Assembly: GCA_015680685.1 (NCBI GenBank) | Contig: MNCI01000291.1 | Coordinates: 197,853 to 261,852, forward strand | Direction: 5' to 3' | DNA from: Gnetum montanum | Taxonomy: Eukaryota > Plantae > Gnetophyta | DNA length: 64,000 nt | Part shown: one piece after another, positions 1 through 14,600 of the stretch | How positions within the stretch are numbered: the first letter of the stretch is position 1 | Layout of the letters: every line of letters starts with the position of its first letter | Notes under the pieces: generated by a model | The model's input: only the letters and a program-made list of their open reading frames with translations | What the model was told of the DNA's origin: nothing | Database searches by the model: none | Program-made: the position numbers and the translations under genes

Positions 1-790
1 TTTCATCAAGAAGTTTATACCAGGATTTACTGAGATTATCAAATCTTTGATGTACATGCTCAAAAAGGATGGGTAGGTTAAAAAGACACCAGAATCAAAG
101 AAAACATTAGCTGAAATTAAAAAGACTATTAAGGAAGCCCCATATTTAGTTAAACCAAAATTGAAAGAGGATTTTTAGCTATATGCTTTTACTTCTAGCT
201 ATTCATTCACTACTATCTTAACTCAGAAAAAGAATGGTTAAGATGAACCAATAGAATTCTTGCGTTACTAGCTTAAAGGTTTTTAATTAAATTACTCAGA
301 TTTAGAAAAGTAGGCATACATTATGATTAGACTATTGATGCATTTTAAATATTATTTAGAAAGTGCTTTGATTCATGTCATGATAATGAAGCTTATTGTT
401 AAGTAATTGTTAGCTCAAATTGAAATTAGATTATGAAGAGGAAATTGGATCATTAACCTTCAAAGATTTAGATTTTTTTTATAACTATGCAAAACAATGA
501 AAGGAATGGGATTAACCAAGTTAATGGACAAAGAAGATAAAATTTGTATATTAATCTCCCATAGTGGAAATTGGTATGATGAAATTTTATATTTTTTTCT
601 TCAAGGAAAATCCTAGATAATTTAACTATGAGCTAAAGAAGAGCTTTTCTTAAAAATATAAACAAGTTCTTGATGAAAGATGGAATTTTCTATAGAAAGG
701 ATTTTAGAGGATTTTGATTAGAATGTGTTAGGAATGATCAGATAAAGGTTGTGTTGGACCAATTTCTTAATTAACATGATCTTTTCTATG
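1..790 (+). mobile_element. Degenerate Ty3/gypsy pol fragment (RT C-terminus, RNase H, start of integrase region) from a different, AT-rich family
   Basis: Manual translation gives FIKKFIPGFTEI..., LAEIKKTIKEAPYLVKP, ILTQK, NYSDLEK*AY and GNWYDEILYF, with many stops and frameshifts. No aRH is visible. Confidence 0.75.
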
Positions 791-1294
791 AGTTACCAAA
801 ATCTACTATGTAGCACATATTGTTTAAATTTCTAGAGCAACAGTTTAAATTTTTCTACCATAATTTTTTCCACTAAACTAACATTGGTTTCCATACCAAC
901 CAAGCCTTCTTTTCCCTCCTTTATGTTGAACGTTAGTAGCTTGCCAAAAGCATCTTTGAAACCTACCAAGTTTTCATTTTGGTCTTCAAACTTTTCCCCC
1001 CTCTCTCCAACGTTGAAATAAGAAGGTGTGAGATTTTCACCATCTCACCCCCCTTTTTTCCCCTCCTAACATACTCAATGTAAAGGACTTCGGTGAGGCT
1101 TGAAACCAACATTTCCAACATTCCATTATGGTAAAGGGATAAACCCCCCCTCATCTCCCACTTACGAATTATAGTAAGTACATCATGTTTTTCCATTTTC
1201 ATTTCCTTTAAGATTTTTTGAATTCCATTTAGTATAATTTTATTCTATTTTATCATTTATAGCCTATTTTTAAGCAATCCTCAATACTATAGCC

Positions 1295-4200
1295 ATGTCT
1301 TTCCAAAAGTCCACCAAATTTTCCTTCACCCTCATTGGTGAAGATCATAGCCAACAAGCCATGAGGATGTATGATCCCAAAGACCTTTTCATCATTGAGT
1401 GTAGGTAATCTTTGAGGGTAAGGAGGAAGAGTCCCAATTTTTCAGCTATAAATGAAGATCATTATAACTTCATTTGTGCTAAAATATAGGCAAGCATGTT
1501 AATTTCACGAATTGAAGCTAAGGCCAAAAGGGAGTTTGGGCTCATACATAGGGGTGGGAAAGAACACATCCCTTCCACGTATGATGAAAGTTTTCTTAAT
1601 AACATCTATTCTAACATCCTAGCCCAATTGATTATCATGGAAGAGGAAGATGACAAGCCTAGCTTTAAGGAATAATAGGAATATGAGGATGAATTTAAGG
1701 TAGAAGCCTGAAAACATCTTGGAAGGAATATTCCAACAAACATCCCCCAATGTCATAGCACCTTTTTCTAATGCTTTTTTTTTTCTTCATGGGCATGGTG
1801 CCACCATCTTCCACTCCTTCCTACCCTACTACAATAGATACCATGCCAATTATAGCCATACATCACACTTATCCAATGTCACAAACAAACCAACTATAAC
1901 ACATCAATGTCATTTACAACATAGTCTTAATACATAAAATCATCAATGGTGGTTTTTACTATAAAAAATCTATTAACTACTCATGTGGGGTCTACCATGG
2001 GACCCCAAGCAACATAGGGGTTGTATACCCCATTTGTCCCATTTGTGCCTCAAATACCAACACAAACATCTTTCTCTTTGTTTGGCCCAAAATCCATAAC
2101 CATAATGCAACCTCTTCCTTCTATCATGCAATCCATAACGAAACCACAAGGCTCACAATAGGTGCCACAACCTTATGTACAAACCCTGCAATCTACGGGG
2201 CCACTGTAAGTCTTGGATCAAGCCTTCCAAATTATCCAAGACCTAATCAAGGAGTTGAAGAGGCTTAAAGCCTCTACCACACACTCTCAAGATTATGGAC
2301 TTCTACTAGGATGATCCCATAAGTTCTATAGTCCCATCCTTGACACTTTCTCCTAGTGTCCCCATTCCCTAATTTAGCAAATATAATGGAGAAGGTGATC
2401 CTAATGCTCATCTTATTACCTTTTGATCTGAATGTTTACTCTTGCAACCATGGCCTCATACCATCATGAGAATTTTTCCTATTTCTTTGACTAGAAAAGC
2501 ACTTAATTGGTACCTTGCATTTCCTTGAGGATCCATATCCTATTTGGAGGACCTAGTAGCCTAATTTGTCAAGTGCTTCAAGTATAACTTGAAGCTTGAC
2601 ATAATTCTTGACCAACTCATGAAGGTCAAGTAAGGGTCCCTAGAGCCCATACAAAAATTCATTCAACAATGGAATGGACTACTAAATGAAATACTAGAGC
2701 CCATAGCCGAAGCTCACTTATTAGCCATATTCAAGGAAGTAGTTATTGACTTCATCAAGTCTAAACTCTAGTACCTTGATTCATGGTCTCTTAGCTAAGC
2801 ATTCTCACAAATTAAAAATATAGAGAATTTTACAAAGGCCAGTCATGATCCTACCTATATAGCATATAAAATTAAACAAACTCAAAGAGACAAAGAAAAG
2901 AGTAAACAAAACAATACTACCATAAAAAATGTAACCAACAAAACCAAGACCACAAACCAAGGGCTACAAGTCAACCTGCCCAAAGCCACCACCAATGACC
3001 ATAATAACCAACCATCAACTTCTGGGACCACTACATCAACAACAAATAGACCTAACTTCAAAAGGAATAACATGTCTAAATACACTATGTTGCCATTAAA
3101 ACCATCTGAGTTATTAGACCAACTATTAAGAAATGGGCATATGCAACATAAACAAATGACTGAAGCTGCTTGAAAGAAACACAAGTGACTATGCAAAATA
3201 GCCAAAGATCCCACTCAGGCAATGAAGAATGATCCCTATTTACCTAGATACTTCAAGCTAGAATAATTTTTCCATTATCATCAACTATCTAATGATGATA
3301 TAGACTTCTGCCTTGAACTGAAGGATGACCTACAAAGAATGGTAGATAAGAGGAAACTAGTCTTAGATGCTTCTAACCTAGTTCAGCCACAAAAATAATT
3401 AATGTAGGTCTACAAAGACCCATTGAATGTTAATGATAGCTCCTAGGTTATTTTGGCATTCAATGTCAATGATAATTAGAAACCTTCAAAAAACCCATTC
3501 ATAGTTCAAGTGCCCCTCTATAATGTAAGGGCTTCTTTGACTTCCCATAGCTCAAGGTCCCTCTTCATGGTAATAGTACCATCATGAATGCCTTTGAGGG
3601 AACCTTTTGTCATCAAGGTCTTCCAACCCAATACAACTCAAACAACTATAGGTGAACCAACTACACAATGACCCCCTATGGTGGCCAATGCTACTGCCTC
3701 TTCCTTATAGCCAATAGCTAACAAATAAAAAACTACAACCAAACAAGGAAAGACGCATAAGCAAAAGCTTACCAATAAGAGAGATAAGCATATGAAGGTA
3801 CAAAAAGAAGTGGGTCCATCGAAGCCTCCTCCCATTTTGACTATACCCATGACCTCCTCTACCCCAACCTCGTCAACCAACAAGCCATAGGAGGACACCA
3901 AAGCCAATAACAAAACAAAAAGAAAGAGCTATAACAACCAAAGCATAAAAGCCAAAGTCTCCATTTTAGGACACATGAAGGAAGTAAAGAACAATGAGGT
4001 TGACAAGTCCACGACCAATGAAAAAAACTTCCTTAGTGCAATGAACCAAGTCAGGCAATCCGTCAAGCAAAAAATATAACCCTAAGCTTGTATGACCTAA
4101 TCATGACTTCCACCATACATTTTTAGGTGCTAGTCAAAATGTTAACCTCTATACCCATTAGTGAGGATATTCTTACTAACAAGAAAGCCATCCATGTAGT

Positions 4201-4928
4201 GATGATTCCTTCTTGACCAAGGAAAGAGAAGTCAACATCCTTAACCTTTTGCAATAGCAAAATTAAGATTAATCCCCAAAATGGCAAAGTGACTATAGCT
4301 CCTTTATTCATAACTATACACATATGAAAATTTAAAATACATTAGGTGCATATTAATGATGGAGCTGCAACCAACAACATCTCATGCACCATCATTGAAC
4401 ACTTGGGCTTAACTAAGCAAGTACAACCTATAACCATCGCAGCTCTTAAATCCTTCAATGAATTAAGAGTTTTCATCAAGGGGTCTATCTCCTTCAATTT
4501 TGTAGTCAAAGAACAATTCCCTACAACCACTAACTTCTTAGTGGTGGAAGAAACACCAGGATTCAACTTGATCCTAGGAAGACCTTGCTTGGCTCAATTA
4601 CAAACTATGTCCTCACCCAACCATCAAGAAATTCACCTTCCTTATTTGGGAGGTAAAATCATCATTGATGGTGATAACATAGCTTCCCTAACTATCAACA
4701 ACATAGACATAGAACAAGGATTCGAAGTGGATCTTGAAGAAGAAGCTCCTAACCATGAAGAGAAAAACCCAAGACATCCAAAAATGACAATGATAGGCAA
4801 TGGAATACATTATGGGATGAACTCCATTTTAACATCATAAGTGAAGGGGATGGTGAATACAAGCTTATGAAAAGTATTCCTTACTCACTCCCTAATCTTA
4901 CAAAGATTAGAAAGAATTTGTACAAGTG
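1295..4928 (+). pseudogene. gag-protease of copy A (degenerate)
   Basis: ATG at 1295. Retrotransposon gag core YNGEGDPNAHL...IFPISLTRKALNWY (~2380-2580). YH..GH/C knuckle-like motif (~3270-3330). Protease VHINDGAATN...FNLILGRP (4346-4600). Ends KIRKNLYK-stop. Confidence 0.85.
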
Positions 4929-5149
4929 AAGTTCACCTTAACCTTCCCATGCCCCTATGCTTAGATGCAACGATAGCCATATAGTCTTATTTTTCATTTA
5001 TAGTTTATTACATATGCAATTGTTGTTTTATGCTTTATGCACATAGCCTAGTGCATGTAGCCTAAGTTTGTTTGCATTTTTATCTACAACCTTTCTTTAT
5101 TTTTACTTATGTTAAACATCAAAAAAAGCATCTGCTCTAGACCATGTTT

Positions 5150-5355
5150 GATAAGATGTTAAAATAGCACTACCATCTACTAAGATGTTAAATTGGCATT
5201 CTCATCCACTAAGACATTAAATTGGCACTACATCTACTAAGATGTTAAATTAGCACTATAGTTTGCTAAGACTCTAAATTAGCAATATGGCCTACCATGG
5301 CCTTAAACTAGCAAAACTATATAGCCTATTCCTACAATGGCCCAAAACTAGCAAA
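5150..5355. repeat. ~29 bp tandem repeat cluster (consensus roughly CATGGCCTACTAAGGCCTTAAACTGGCA)
   Basis: About 6-7 imperfect units such as ctaagatgttaaattggcact. The same repeat occurs at ~15430-15545, ~20005-20080 and in copies B and C. Confidence 0.8.
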
Positions 5356-5660
5356 CATCCCTTTTATTACTATATCTCTCTTTGCTTAGCCTATTATTGC
5401 ATCGATTATCCATTTGATTTTATAACCAAAAACATCGACATAGTGTTTTTCAAGGTTTATAACATTTACAATATTTACTAATACTATAAATGCATATAGC
5501 CAAAATAAAACCAATGTTTAAATTTAAAGTTAAAATGTCCATAACATACATAGCCAAGGCCACATTAAGTGGCAAAAATGTCCAAGAATACAACCATCTA
5601 TAACCTAGTCTTGGCTAGCCATAGCTATTAACATAAAAACAAAAACAAATAGTCAACAAG

Positions 5661-8600
5661 CTAAACTGAAGGAGGCTGCTAAGTGGCAATTAGAGGAGGA
5701 AGTGGTGAGTTATTCCCATCCTCACTGCTAAGGTCACCAATGTCTTCTAAGGCTTGAAATACAACAACATATAATTAGTTAGTAACCCATAGCCAAAATC
5801 ATAACTAAAACAAAGACTAAAACATAAAATATATTAAACTTGTGGAGATTCTAGCTCCATTACTTCTAGGAGTTGATCGGGAAGCCCTTCCTCCAAAAAA
5901 TGGAGGATTTGGTCCTCTATCATGTTGACCTAGTCAACATCCCCAAGATCAATGCCAGAAATAATGGCAGACCTATTTATAGGGGTCCAAGTAGGAGGCT
6001 CATGAGTAGCAACAACTGTAGAGGTCTCACCTACAACTATGGTAATTTGAAGAGTAGGGGATTGCTCCACCTTGAGAGTACTTTTAAAAATTTAATAAAT
6101 ACTCTCCACTTGGATCCCCTAAATGAATAGCTCTCTCTTGTGTCATTCAACTGACTCCTTCTTAAGCCCCTTTAGAGAGGCCCCATTATCAACCTTATAT
6201 TGATGCTTATGAGCCTTTTGTGTCTTGCCCCACTCCAGGAACCAAGCACAGTGATCCTTTTGGTCCTTAGCCTTTTGGAAGATGAGGTTCATCTACATAT
6301 GTTGTTCCTCCATCTCCCATAGGATTGCTACTTTGTCCTAAATAACATGATAGTAGTGGGCCCACATGATCTTCTTAGTCTGTAACTTTCCTGAGTTAGC
6401 CACTTGGGCTTCCACAAAGGCTTTATGATCATAGAGATCTCTAATTATGTCCTCCTACCTTTGACTCTTTTCCCTTAAGGCCACAACTTCCTCCCATAGG
6501 GATTTGTTGGACCTCTCTAGCTTCCATAATGTTTTTGAGCATGACATCACTAAATTAGTAGCAGGCTCATACAACTTCATGGGTACACTAGATACATTAG
6601 AAGGATGCTTAGGCAAGGATTATATCTTCATGTCTCTAATGGGGTCCCACTCCATGGAGGGTACTATACAAGCACAAAATACAACCATAAAACAAAACCT
6701 AAAATAGCCATAATGCAAGAAAATCCCATGACTAAAGCACATAAAACAAAATCCTTAGCTATATTAGGTGCAACCTAATGCAACCAATCAATGATGTCCT
6801 TAGCCATCCCATGCAAGAACTCCACTTTGTCTAGAGTCTCTACCCATGGTTTCACACAAAACCTAGGGGTAGGAGTTGGCACTAGTAGTTCAAGAACTAC
6901 TGTAAGCATAACAATCATTGAAAGGTTAGGATGGCAACCAAATATAACCAATGAGATATAACAAAAATGTTAAGGCATAGGCATACATGACTCCTTCTCC
7001 TCTTCCTCCTTTGGAATGATGATGGGAGAGGTACCTAGTACCACCTCACCCAACAAGGCATCTAAATCATCTATACCTACATCAGTAAGTCCTTCAACCA
7101 TAGGTTTCTTTAGGAGTTTCTCTTCTACACACCTTTGTTCTACCTCCACAACAACTTTGGCTACTATAACCTGATGCTTATCTACAACCCTAGTACATAC
7201 AAAATTTCTTGACACATGAAACCACAAAGTAGCCATAAATTTTTAAAACATGAAATAGCCAAATTTAAACAAAGAATACCTACAACTACCTAATATGATG
7301 GCTTAAGCTTAAACTTAAGCTTCTTTGAGGTAGGTTGATCTGATGTTGGGGATGCCTCCTTAATAGGCCTCTTGAGTTTCTCCTTGGCTACCTCTTCAAC
7401 CTACATACACCATCACCTAGCATCCTAAACACTAGCAAGAAATGAGAGGGGCTCATCATCATCAGTATTATCAAGAGACTTCTACTACCCAACATCAAGA
7501 TTCTTAGTGGTGATGGATAACATATCATCCTTTGGTGGGTTCTAGGCCTCCATTGTTAGATAAATGTGCTTTATCCAAGGCCTAGAAAGTTGGCTTGATC
7601 TTGGGAAACCCATTATCCATTCCTATACACCACCAGAAACTCTTCAAACCTCTTTAGATAACCTACAAAAAATGCATAGTACATATGGATTATCATAGAG
7701 GTATCAACATGAAGTCTAAGGATCTCCTCTCGAAGCCAAGCCAAAGTAGTCACCCAATCAAATCTGATGCCCTCTACAAGACCTTCTTAAGGGTCCATCC
7801 TTATGCTAAGCCAATTACCTTCTTTTGTGATAGCTATTTGGGAAATGCACGAGACCTAAATAAAGGATATGATTCCTTTATATCAAGGTTTATGATGCTA
7901 TCCATTGAAATTTTAGAGTGGCCCATGTTGGCACCAACCCACTTTAGAACTTCCTTGTGGTGGCCCAATTTCCTTATTGTCTTGGTGGGAACATTTTCCC
8001 CATCAGTAGGAACACCAAACAAGTTGCAAAAGAGGCTAGCACCTATGTCCATGTTGACCTTCACATCTCAAATGATGGTGCTAAAATGACCAATATTCTC
8101 ATCAAAGGAGTCAATGACATGCAACATCTCTATAGCAGGAATAGAAGGGATAGGTGTCATGAATACATCAAGCAAACTTGCATGCAAGATGTTTTCTTGA
8201 ACATATATAGGTGCTTGTCCCTTTATTCATTCCTATGATGATGTCACTTTACCAAACTTCAAAATGAGGGTATCCTCATGACACAAACTTGAAAGTGATA
8301 TAGTGACATCAACCAAGGTGGAAGGTCCTACAAAGCAATAACCAAAGTTTACCATCAATATGAGAAATTTCAATGATTAAGAAAAGTAATAGAGCACTCA
8401 AAGTTATAGCCTTTACATTTACCTTTCCTTTTCTGCTATGATGTGGAGGCCCTGGCTACAAGGGTTTGATCCATGCTATCAACATCTACCTACCAGTTGT
8501 GCATCATCTTATCATCCTTACACTTTTTTTATACATGGTTAAACTTGGTGGCATATTCATCAAAGTCCCCTCTTAAATGTTAATACATAGCAATTCTAAT

Positions 8601-11065
8601 TTAAGGACTCTTGATGAATTTGTCCAAAGTAGTTTGAGCCACTGCCAGGATTTGATCATTGGCGATCAAGCCCTAATCATTGACCTTGTACCTACAAGAA
8701 GTTGTAACATCAATGAAGTTAGGGAAGGTAATCAAGCCAAAAGCATAAAAGCATTACAATAACCATGTTTACCTCTATAGGTAGTACATGGCTCTAAGTA
8801 GGTTCTTGAATAATGTGTATGCTCTATGTGCCATCATCAAAGTATTGTCAGTATTATACTAACTATACTCTAGCATCATCCATATCTCTGAAAGGTAAAA
8901 TGAATGTATGGCATCTACTAGTCCCCCTATAGTCTTAGGAAGTGGCCTATCAATAATGTATTTGGTAATCAAGCTGAATGTTCAAGGCAAAAAGGTCTCC
9001 ACAACAACCCTAGCTACATTTGCAAACAAGTGTGACCACAACATCACACTAATGTTTTTAAGGAGGTAGGCAAGGAAGTCCCTTTCCCCAAGTTGAAACC
9101 ACAACAAGAGCTTTCTAAAAGGCATGTCATGTGGTGGGGTGTTGGTCTTAGGATGACCAATGTAGCAAAAGATACCAACTAGCTCCACTATGATGAGAAT
9201 AGGCCTCAAGAAGACCATGCATGAAGCAAAATACAAAAACATTATAACCAATTGAAATTACTTAACAAAAAGATAAAACATCTAGTTGAAGTGAAATTAG
9301 CCTTTGTAAAAATCTCTAAGATGTTTTTCTAAATTAGTCTAAGTAATTCCACAAGAAAACATTATTACAACCTTGCATAACCTTGCATCATGACCAATTG
9401 GAATTTCTTAACAAATTAAGGAAAAACTTCCTAAGTCAAAGGTGAAATTAGCCTCTATAAAAAGCTCTTAGATGTTTATCTAAATTAGCTTAAGAAATTC
9501 CATAAAAGCATTGTTACCTTATTTTATAGCCTTCATAGCCAAAACATTATAGCTTAAATTAAGCCTTAGCCTAAATTATGCATAAATTTAGAAATTGCAT
9601 CTAAGTTATGCATGAACTTGGAAAAAACATGCAAGTTATGCATAAATTTAGAAATAGCATCTACATTATGCACAAATTTAGAAAAAGCAAGAATAAGTTT
9701 AGAAAAAACATTTAAATTATGCAAAGCATGCATAAATTTGGAAAAATTATCTAAGCTATGCACAAATTTAGAAAAAGCATAATAAACTTAGAAAAAGCCA
9801 TATAGCCATAGTAAAAGCTTATTTAAAATAGAGAAAGGTTTTACTCTTCTTGAAAAAGAAAAAGAAAGCATTAATTTTAAATGTTCACAAAATAAAAACA
9901 TAAGTTATACATGTCAACCACTTCTATTTTCAAATGGGTAATGTACTACAACCATGAGTTTTACCTTGATTCACATAGCCATAGCAAAAAATTCGTAAAA
10001 AACTTTTTTGAGCTCCAAACAAAGTGATTCCACCACCAGTTGAAAGCTTAAATTAAGACCTACATAGGCATGCTTATAAAAAATTCAAAACATTTTCCAT
10101 GTATGTGGGAAAAATTCATCAATTTGGACAATAATCTAAAAATAGCACAAACATCCTTATTACACATGCCTAAGTAAAAAATTCGTAGAAAATTCATTTT
10201 AAGTTCAATCAGAGTGATTCCACCTCTGTTGAAAAGATGAAGCCAATGCCTATCTATCCATAGCTATAAAATAGCCAAAAAATTTTCTTTTTTCTTATAA
10301 AAAATCCACAAAATTACATAAAATTACAAAAGTGACACAAACAACCTAATTGCACAATGTTAGGAAAACAACCATAACTTCTTTGTTTCAAGGTCAAATT
10401 AAATGAGATAATAGCCATCAGAAAGATCAAATAAAGGGCTAGAAAACCATAACCTTAAATTTTACAAATTTTTAGCTGTTCTACCAAGAAAACAATATAC
10501 AGCTTTACTTTCTTTTTCATATCAAAACTTCAAAAATCTCAAAACCTAGATTTTATATAGCCATGGAAATAATGGAAACAACCAAAACCATTGAAACACA
10601 TTAAAATTCACATAAAAATAATGGGGTAGGATTTTTCTTACAATTTAATTTTAACAAATCCTAAAGCCTAGATCTAAAAAGAATGGCCACACCCCAAGAT
10701 TTTGCAAAAAATGCATGAAACAACAAACCATATTTTTAGAATCAAATATATGAAAGCGAAAGTGATGAAACAACTATAGATCTGCATGGGAGCAGCCAAA
10801 ATAGAAGATGAAATTTCATAAAAATTCCATTTTAATCCCTCCACTAGGTATATTTGAAAAAATGACCTCAACACATAAGAAGCAAAAAACTTAAAAAACC
10901 ACAAGAAACAAAGGCAAAAATAGGTAGAACTGCCTACCTTTGAGCAATAATAGAAGAAGCATCAATGGAGATGGGCCTAGGAACTTCTCCTAAATTCCAA
11001 TAACATTCATCCATCTTCTAAATTATAGGAGTTTGGGTCTTTCCCCCTCATTTCTTTGGTGCCAT
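5661..11065 (-). pseudogene. Antisense ~8-exon accessory gene of copy A (plant-transposon-protein-like domain plus coiled-coil C-terminus), degenerate
   Basis: Exons at ~11065-10938 (MAPKK.GGK...), 9216-8773, 8691-8423, 8327-7280, ~7215-6985, ~6900-6760, ~6662-5840 and ~5755-5661. Introns are GT-AG, with matching phases at the first three junctions (2, 2, 1). ORF-track peptides 7834..8064, 8982..9251 and 6970..7236 match those of copies C and B. Confidence 0.8.
9250..9800. repeat. Intronic repeats: duplicated ~150 bp unit (9250-9540) and ~32 bp tandem array (aaattatgcataaatttagaaaaagcat)
   Basis: About 7 visible units at 9565-9800. They produce the spurious repetitive ORF 9566..9763. A shorter version lies at ~49940-50030 in copy C. 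Confidence 0.8.
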
Positions 11066-11679
11066 GGCAGGCTCAACATTGGGAATGGCTGAAAACTAAA
11101 GAAGGATGAGAGGTTAATGCTAGTTGCGAGGAAGATGGGAGGCTTCTACACTAAGAATTGGTTGTTTCTACTACAAGAACCTCTTCCAAAGATCTCTTCC
11201 ATTGTGTTGTTTCTATAGAATGATGGTTGTGATCAAAACTTGCAAAATTTGACATATAAAACTCATCTAAACCCTAAACACACACCTTGAAGCCCCATCT
11301 ACCAATTCAATGCATCATAACTAAAGGTGCATTGAAGTAAAAGAGGGAAAAGTCTAGTTCATGTTAATTTTGGATGGGAAACAACTTCACTTTTCAAAAT
11401 TTTAAAATGTTTTGGATTGTGGGCCCCCACCCTACACCTTCATTCTTAACCAAAACTTGTATCAATGCTAAAATTTTTGCAAATTTTCACACTTAAAAAA
11501 TTATGGAAACCTTAACCCCATGCATCCATGCTAGGAATACCATGCCTAGAATTGAAACATGCCTATTATTTTATAAATTCATTAAAATTACCAATATTTT
11601 TCTATTTTTAGTAATCCAAACTTGCCTTTTTCACCTCAAATTTCCAAAAGTGGGTAAGACATGAGCAAGGCTAAACACC

Positions 11680-14600
11680 ATGAATTTCCATGCTAGGGTA
11701 GCAATTCCCAACATGGAAGAAGAGGGGTGACATTCACTCTTACCTCCCAACATCCATCTAGTGCAAGTTTGACCCCAAAGTGGGCCCCACATAGCCTAGA
11801 AGCCCTCTAAGCATCTCTGACAACCTCGAAATCCCATCAAAACTAGTCAAAATTGGTTAAAATGTAGGATTTAGTGTTTTCCAAATTAAGGGAGGCTTCT
11901 TCCATGTTGAGCCTCTTACCCTCAATGTGGATAGATCGGGGGAAGCAAAAAAATAACCTAAATTAATGACCTAACCATTTCTTAATGCCCAATAACCCCT
12001 AGACCTTGCTAGAACCCTCTAGAGCATCTAAAAGCCCCAAAATTGGTTCCAAGCGGTAAAAAAATGACATACCCCTCTCATCCATGCTGAGGCCACCATG
12101 TCCAATGTGGAAGAAAGTGGGGATATTGCATGAGGTACTTGGAAGCCTCCAAATTATCAAATCTTGACACCCAACATTAACCATCAACACTAGCAACCCC
12201 AAAGGTTGACATGCATAGTTGATCGGTTGTCAATTTGGCCTAGATTTGAATTTCTTTATTAGGGAAGACCACTTCCATGTTGAGCCTTCCATCCTCAATA
12301 TGGAAAAAGGGGGAATCCTAAAAACCCCCTCACAACCTCCGAAATGATAGATCTTGACCATAGGCACTGATGCCCAACACCAACAACCCTGTAAACACTC
12401 ATGCATAGTATGATTAATCATAAAAGGATTAAAAATATTTCCCCCCAATCTTCCACACTAAGCATGGGAGTCCTAGCATGGAAAAAAATGGGCGAAGCCC
12501 AAAAATTACCTAATGACCTTTAAAATAGCCAAATTTTGACAATAGATGTTCACATTCAATACCAATAACCTTAGAAGCTTACATGCATGACCGAAAATGA
12601 TCAAAAAGATTTTTTCCTAATTTTCCATGCTAATCATGGAATCCCTAGCATGAAAAAAAAGGGAGGAACCTCAAAAAATGCCTAGTGATCCTTGAAATAG
12701 CCAAATTTTGACAATAGATGGCAGCAGTTGACACTAGCAACCTTAGAAGCCTACATGCATAACTGAAAGTGATCACAAAGGGTCAAAAATAATTCACCCA
12801 AATTTTCCACACTGAGCATGGAAGCCCCAACATGAAAAAATGAAGGGAAGCCCAAAAATTACCTACTGACCCTTAAAATAGCCAAATTTTGACAATAGAT
12901 GGTAGTAGTCAACACTAGCAACCTTAGAAGCCTACATGCATAATTGAAAGTGATCACAAAGGGCTAAAAACCTTCCCACCCCCCACCCCCCAACCAATTT
13001 TCCACACTGAGCATGGAATCCCTAGCATGAAAAAAATGGGAAATCCCAAAAAATGCCTAGTGATCCTTGAAAAAGCCAAACTTCAACAATAGATGGCAGT
13101 AGTCAATAGTAGTAACCTTAGAATCCCGCATGCATAACTGAAAGTGACCACAAACCCCCAATTTTCCACATTGAGCATGGAAGCCCCAACATGGAAAAAA
13201 TGAGGGAATCTCAACAACCACTCATCAACCTTCAAAATAGGAAAATTTTAACACTAGGCTTTGACCATCATCACTAGCAACCTTGGGGACCTACATGCAT
13301 GATCAAAATTAATGCAAAAGTATAAAAATCTATTTTCCCCCAATTCTCACATTGAGAATACTATCCCTAGTATGGAAAAAGAGGGGGAAGGTCAAAAACC
13401 ACTTGGAAAACCTATAAACTAACTTGCTTTGACTCCACACCCTAGCCTTCAACCTTGATAGTTCCTAAGGCTGACATGCATGGTCAATTGAAGTCAAAAC
13501 TAGACTATATCAAAGTTTTATGGTGTCTCTACATTGGAAATTCTTTGGTCCATGCTGCTTAGCATGGAAATTAAGGGGGAAACCTATTTGGAATTCATAA
13601 CTACCTTAGAACAACATTAACTGAGCTTGCATGCACTCTAGGACCTTGTCGACATCATTTGGAGCCTTCAAACTTCAAGGAACTAATGTCAGAAGGATAA
13701 AAATTGATTCCCCTAGTTTTCCACATTTAGAATCTTAGTTCTAGCATGGAAAAAATTTATAAGCCTAAAAAAATCTTAGAAATATCCAAAATAACCAAAA
13801 TTTGATGCCAAACCCTAGTCCTTAACCCTACTCACCCTAGAGGTTGACATGCACACTCGATTGAGGTCAAAATTACTCTAGATCTAAGTTGCATGATTCT
13901 TCACACTAGGGATCCATTTTTCCATGCCTAGGGTGGTATCCATAGCATGTAAACGCAAGGGGAAACTTGTTTGAAACTCATAAACACCTCATAATAACAT
14001 TAAATGACATTTCATGCACTCTAGAACCCTGGCAGCAATCATTGGAGCCATTAAACTTCATGAAACTGATCCTAGATGGCCAAAAGGTGGTTCCCCCTAA
14101 TTTTTCATGCTATGATCTTCATCCCCAATGTGGAAAAAGGATAGAAAAAACCACTTATGAATGTTCAAAACTGCTAAATTTTGACATGAATCCATAGCCC
14201 TTAACCCTGGTAACTCCAAGAGGTAACATGCACGGTCGATTGTGATGCAAATTGGCCTAGATCTAGGATTATTGCTTCTTCCATGCTGAAGTAACTTCCC
14301 TAAATTGAAAAAAATTTGGAAAGCTACTATTTTACTTTTGGAGATAAGATGCCATTCCCAGAAGCCAAAGATCTAGGCTGGAGAAGCCTAGGATAACATA
14401 GCCTCAAGATTTTTCTTATCTAACCTTATTTCAACCTCCAAAACTCATTCCCCCCATTCTTCCATGTTGGAGTAACTCCCCCAACGTGGGAATATGGGGA
14501 AGACCTTAATTACCCTTAAACATCCTTCAAACGTATCTGAAGTTAGCCAAAAGCTTGTAGAATCGAAGTCTACGACCCTAGGGTTCTTGAAACCTAGTCA

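Noticed and set aside
9566-9763. Repetitive 65-aa ORF (SKFMHNL repeats)
   Set aside because: Translation of an intronic tandem repeat; not conserved as an ORF in copy C.
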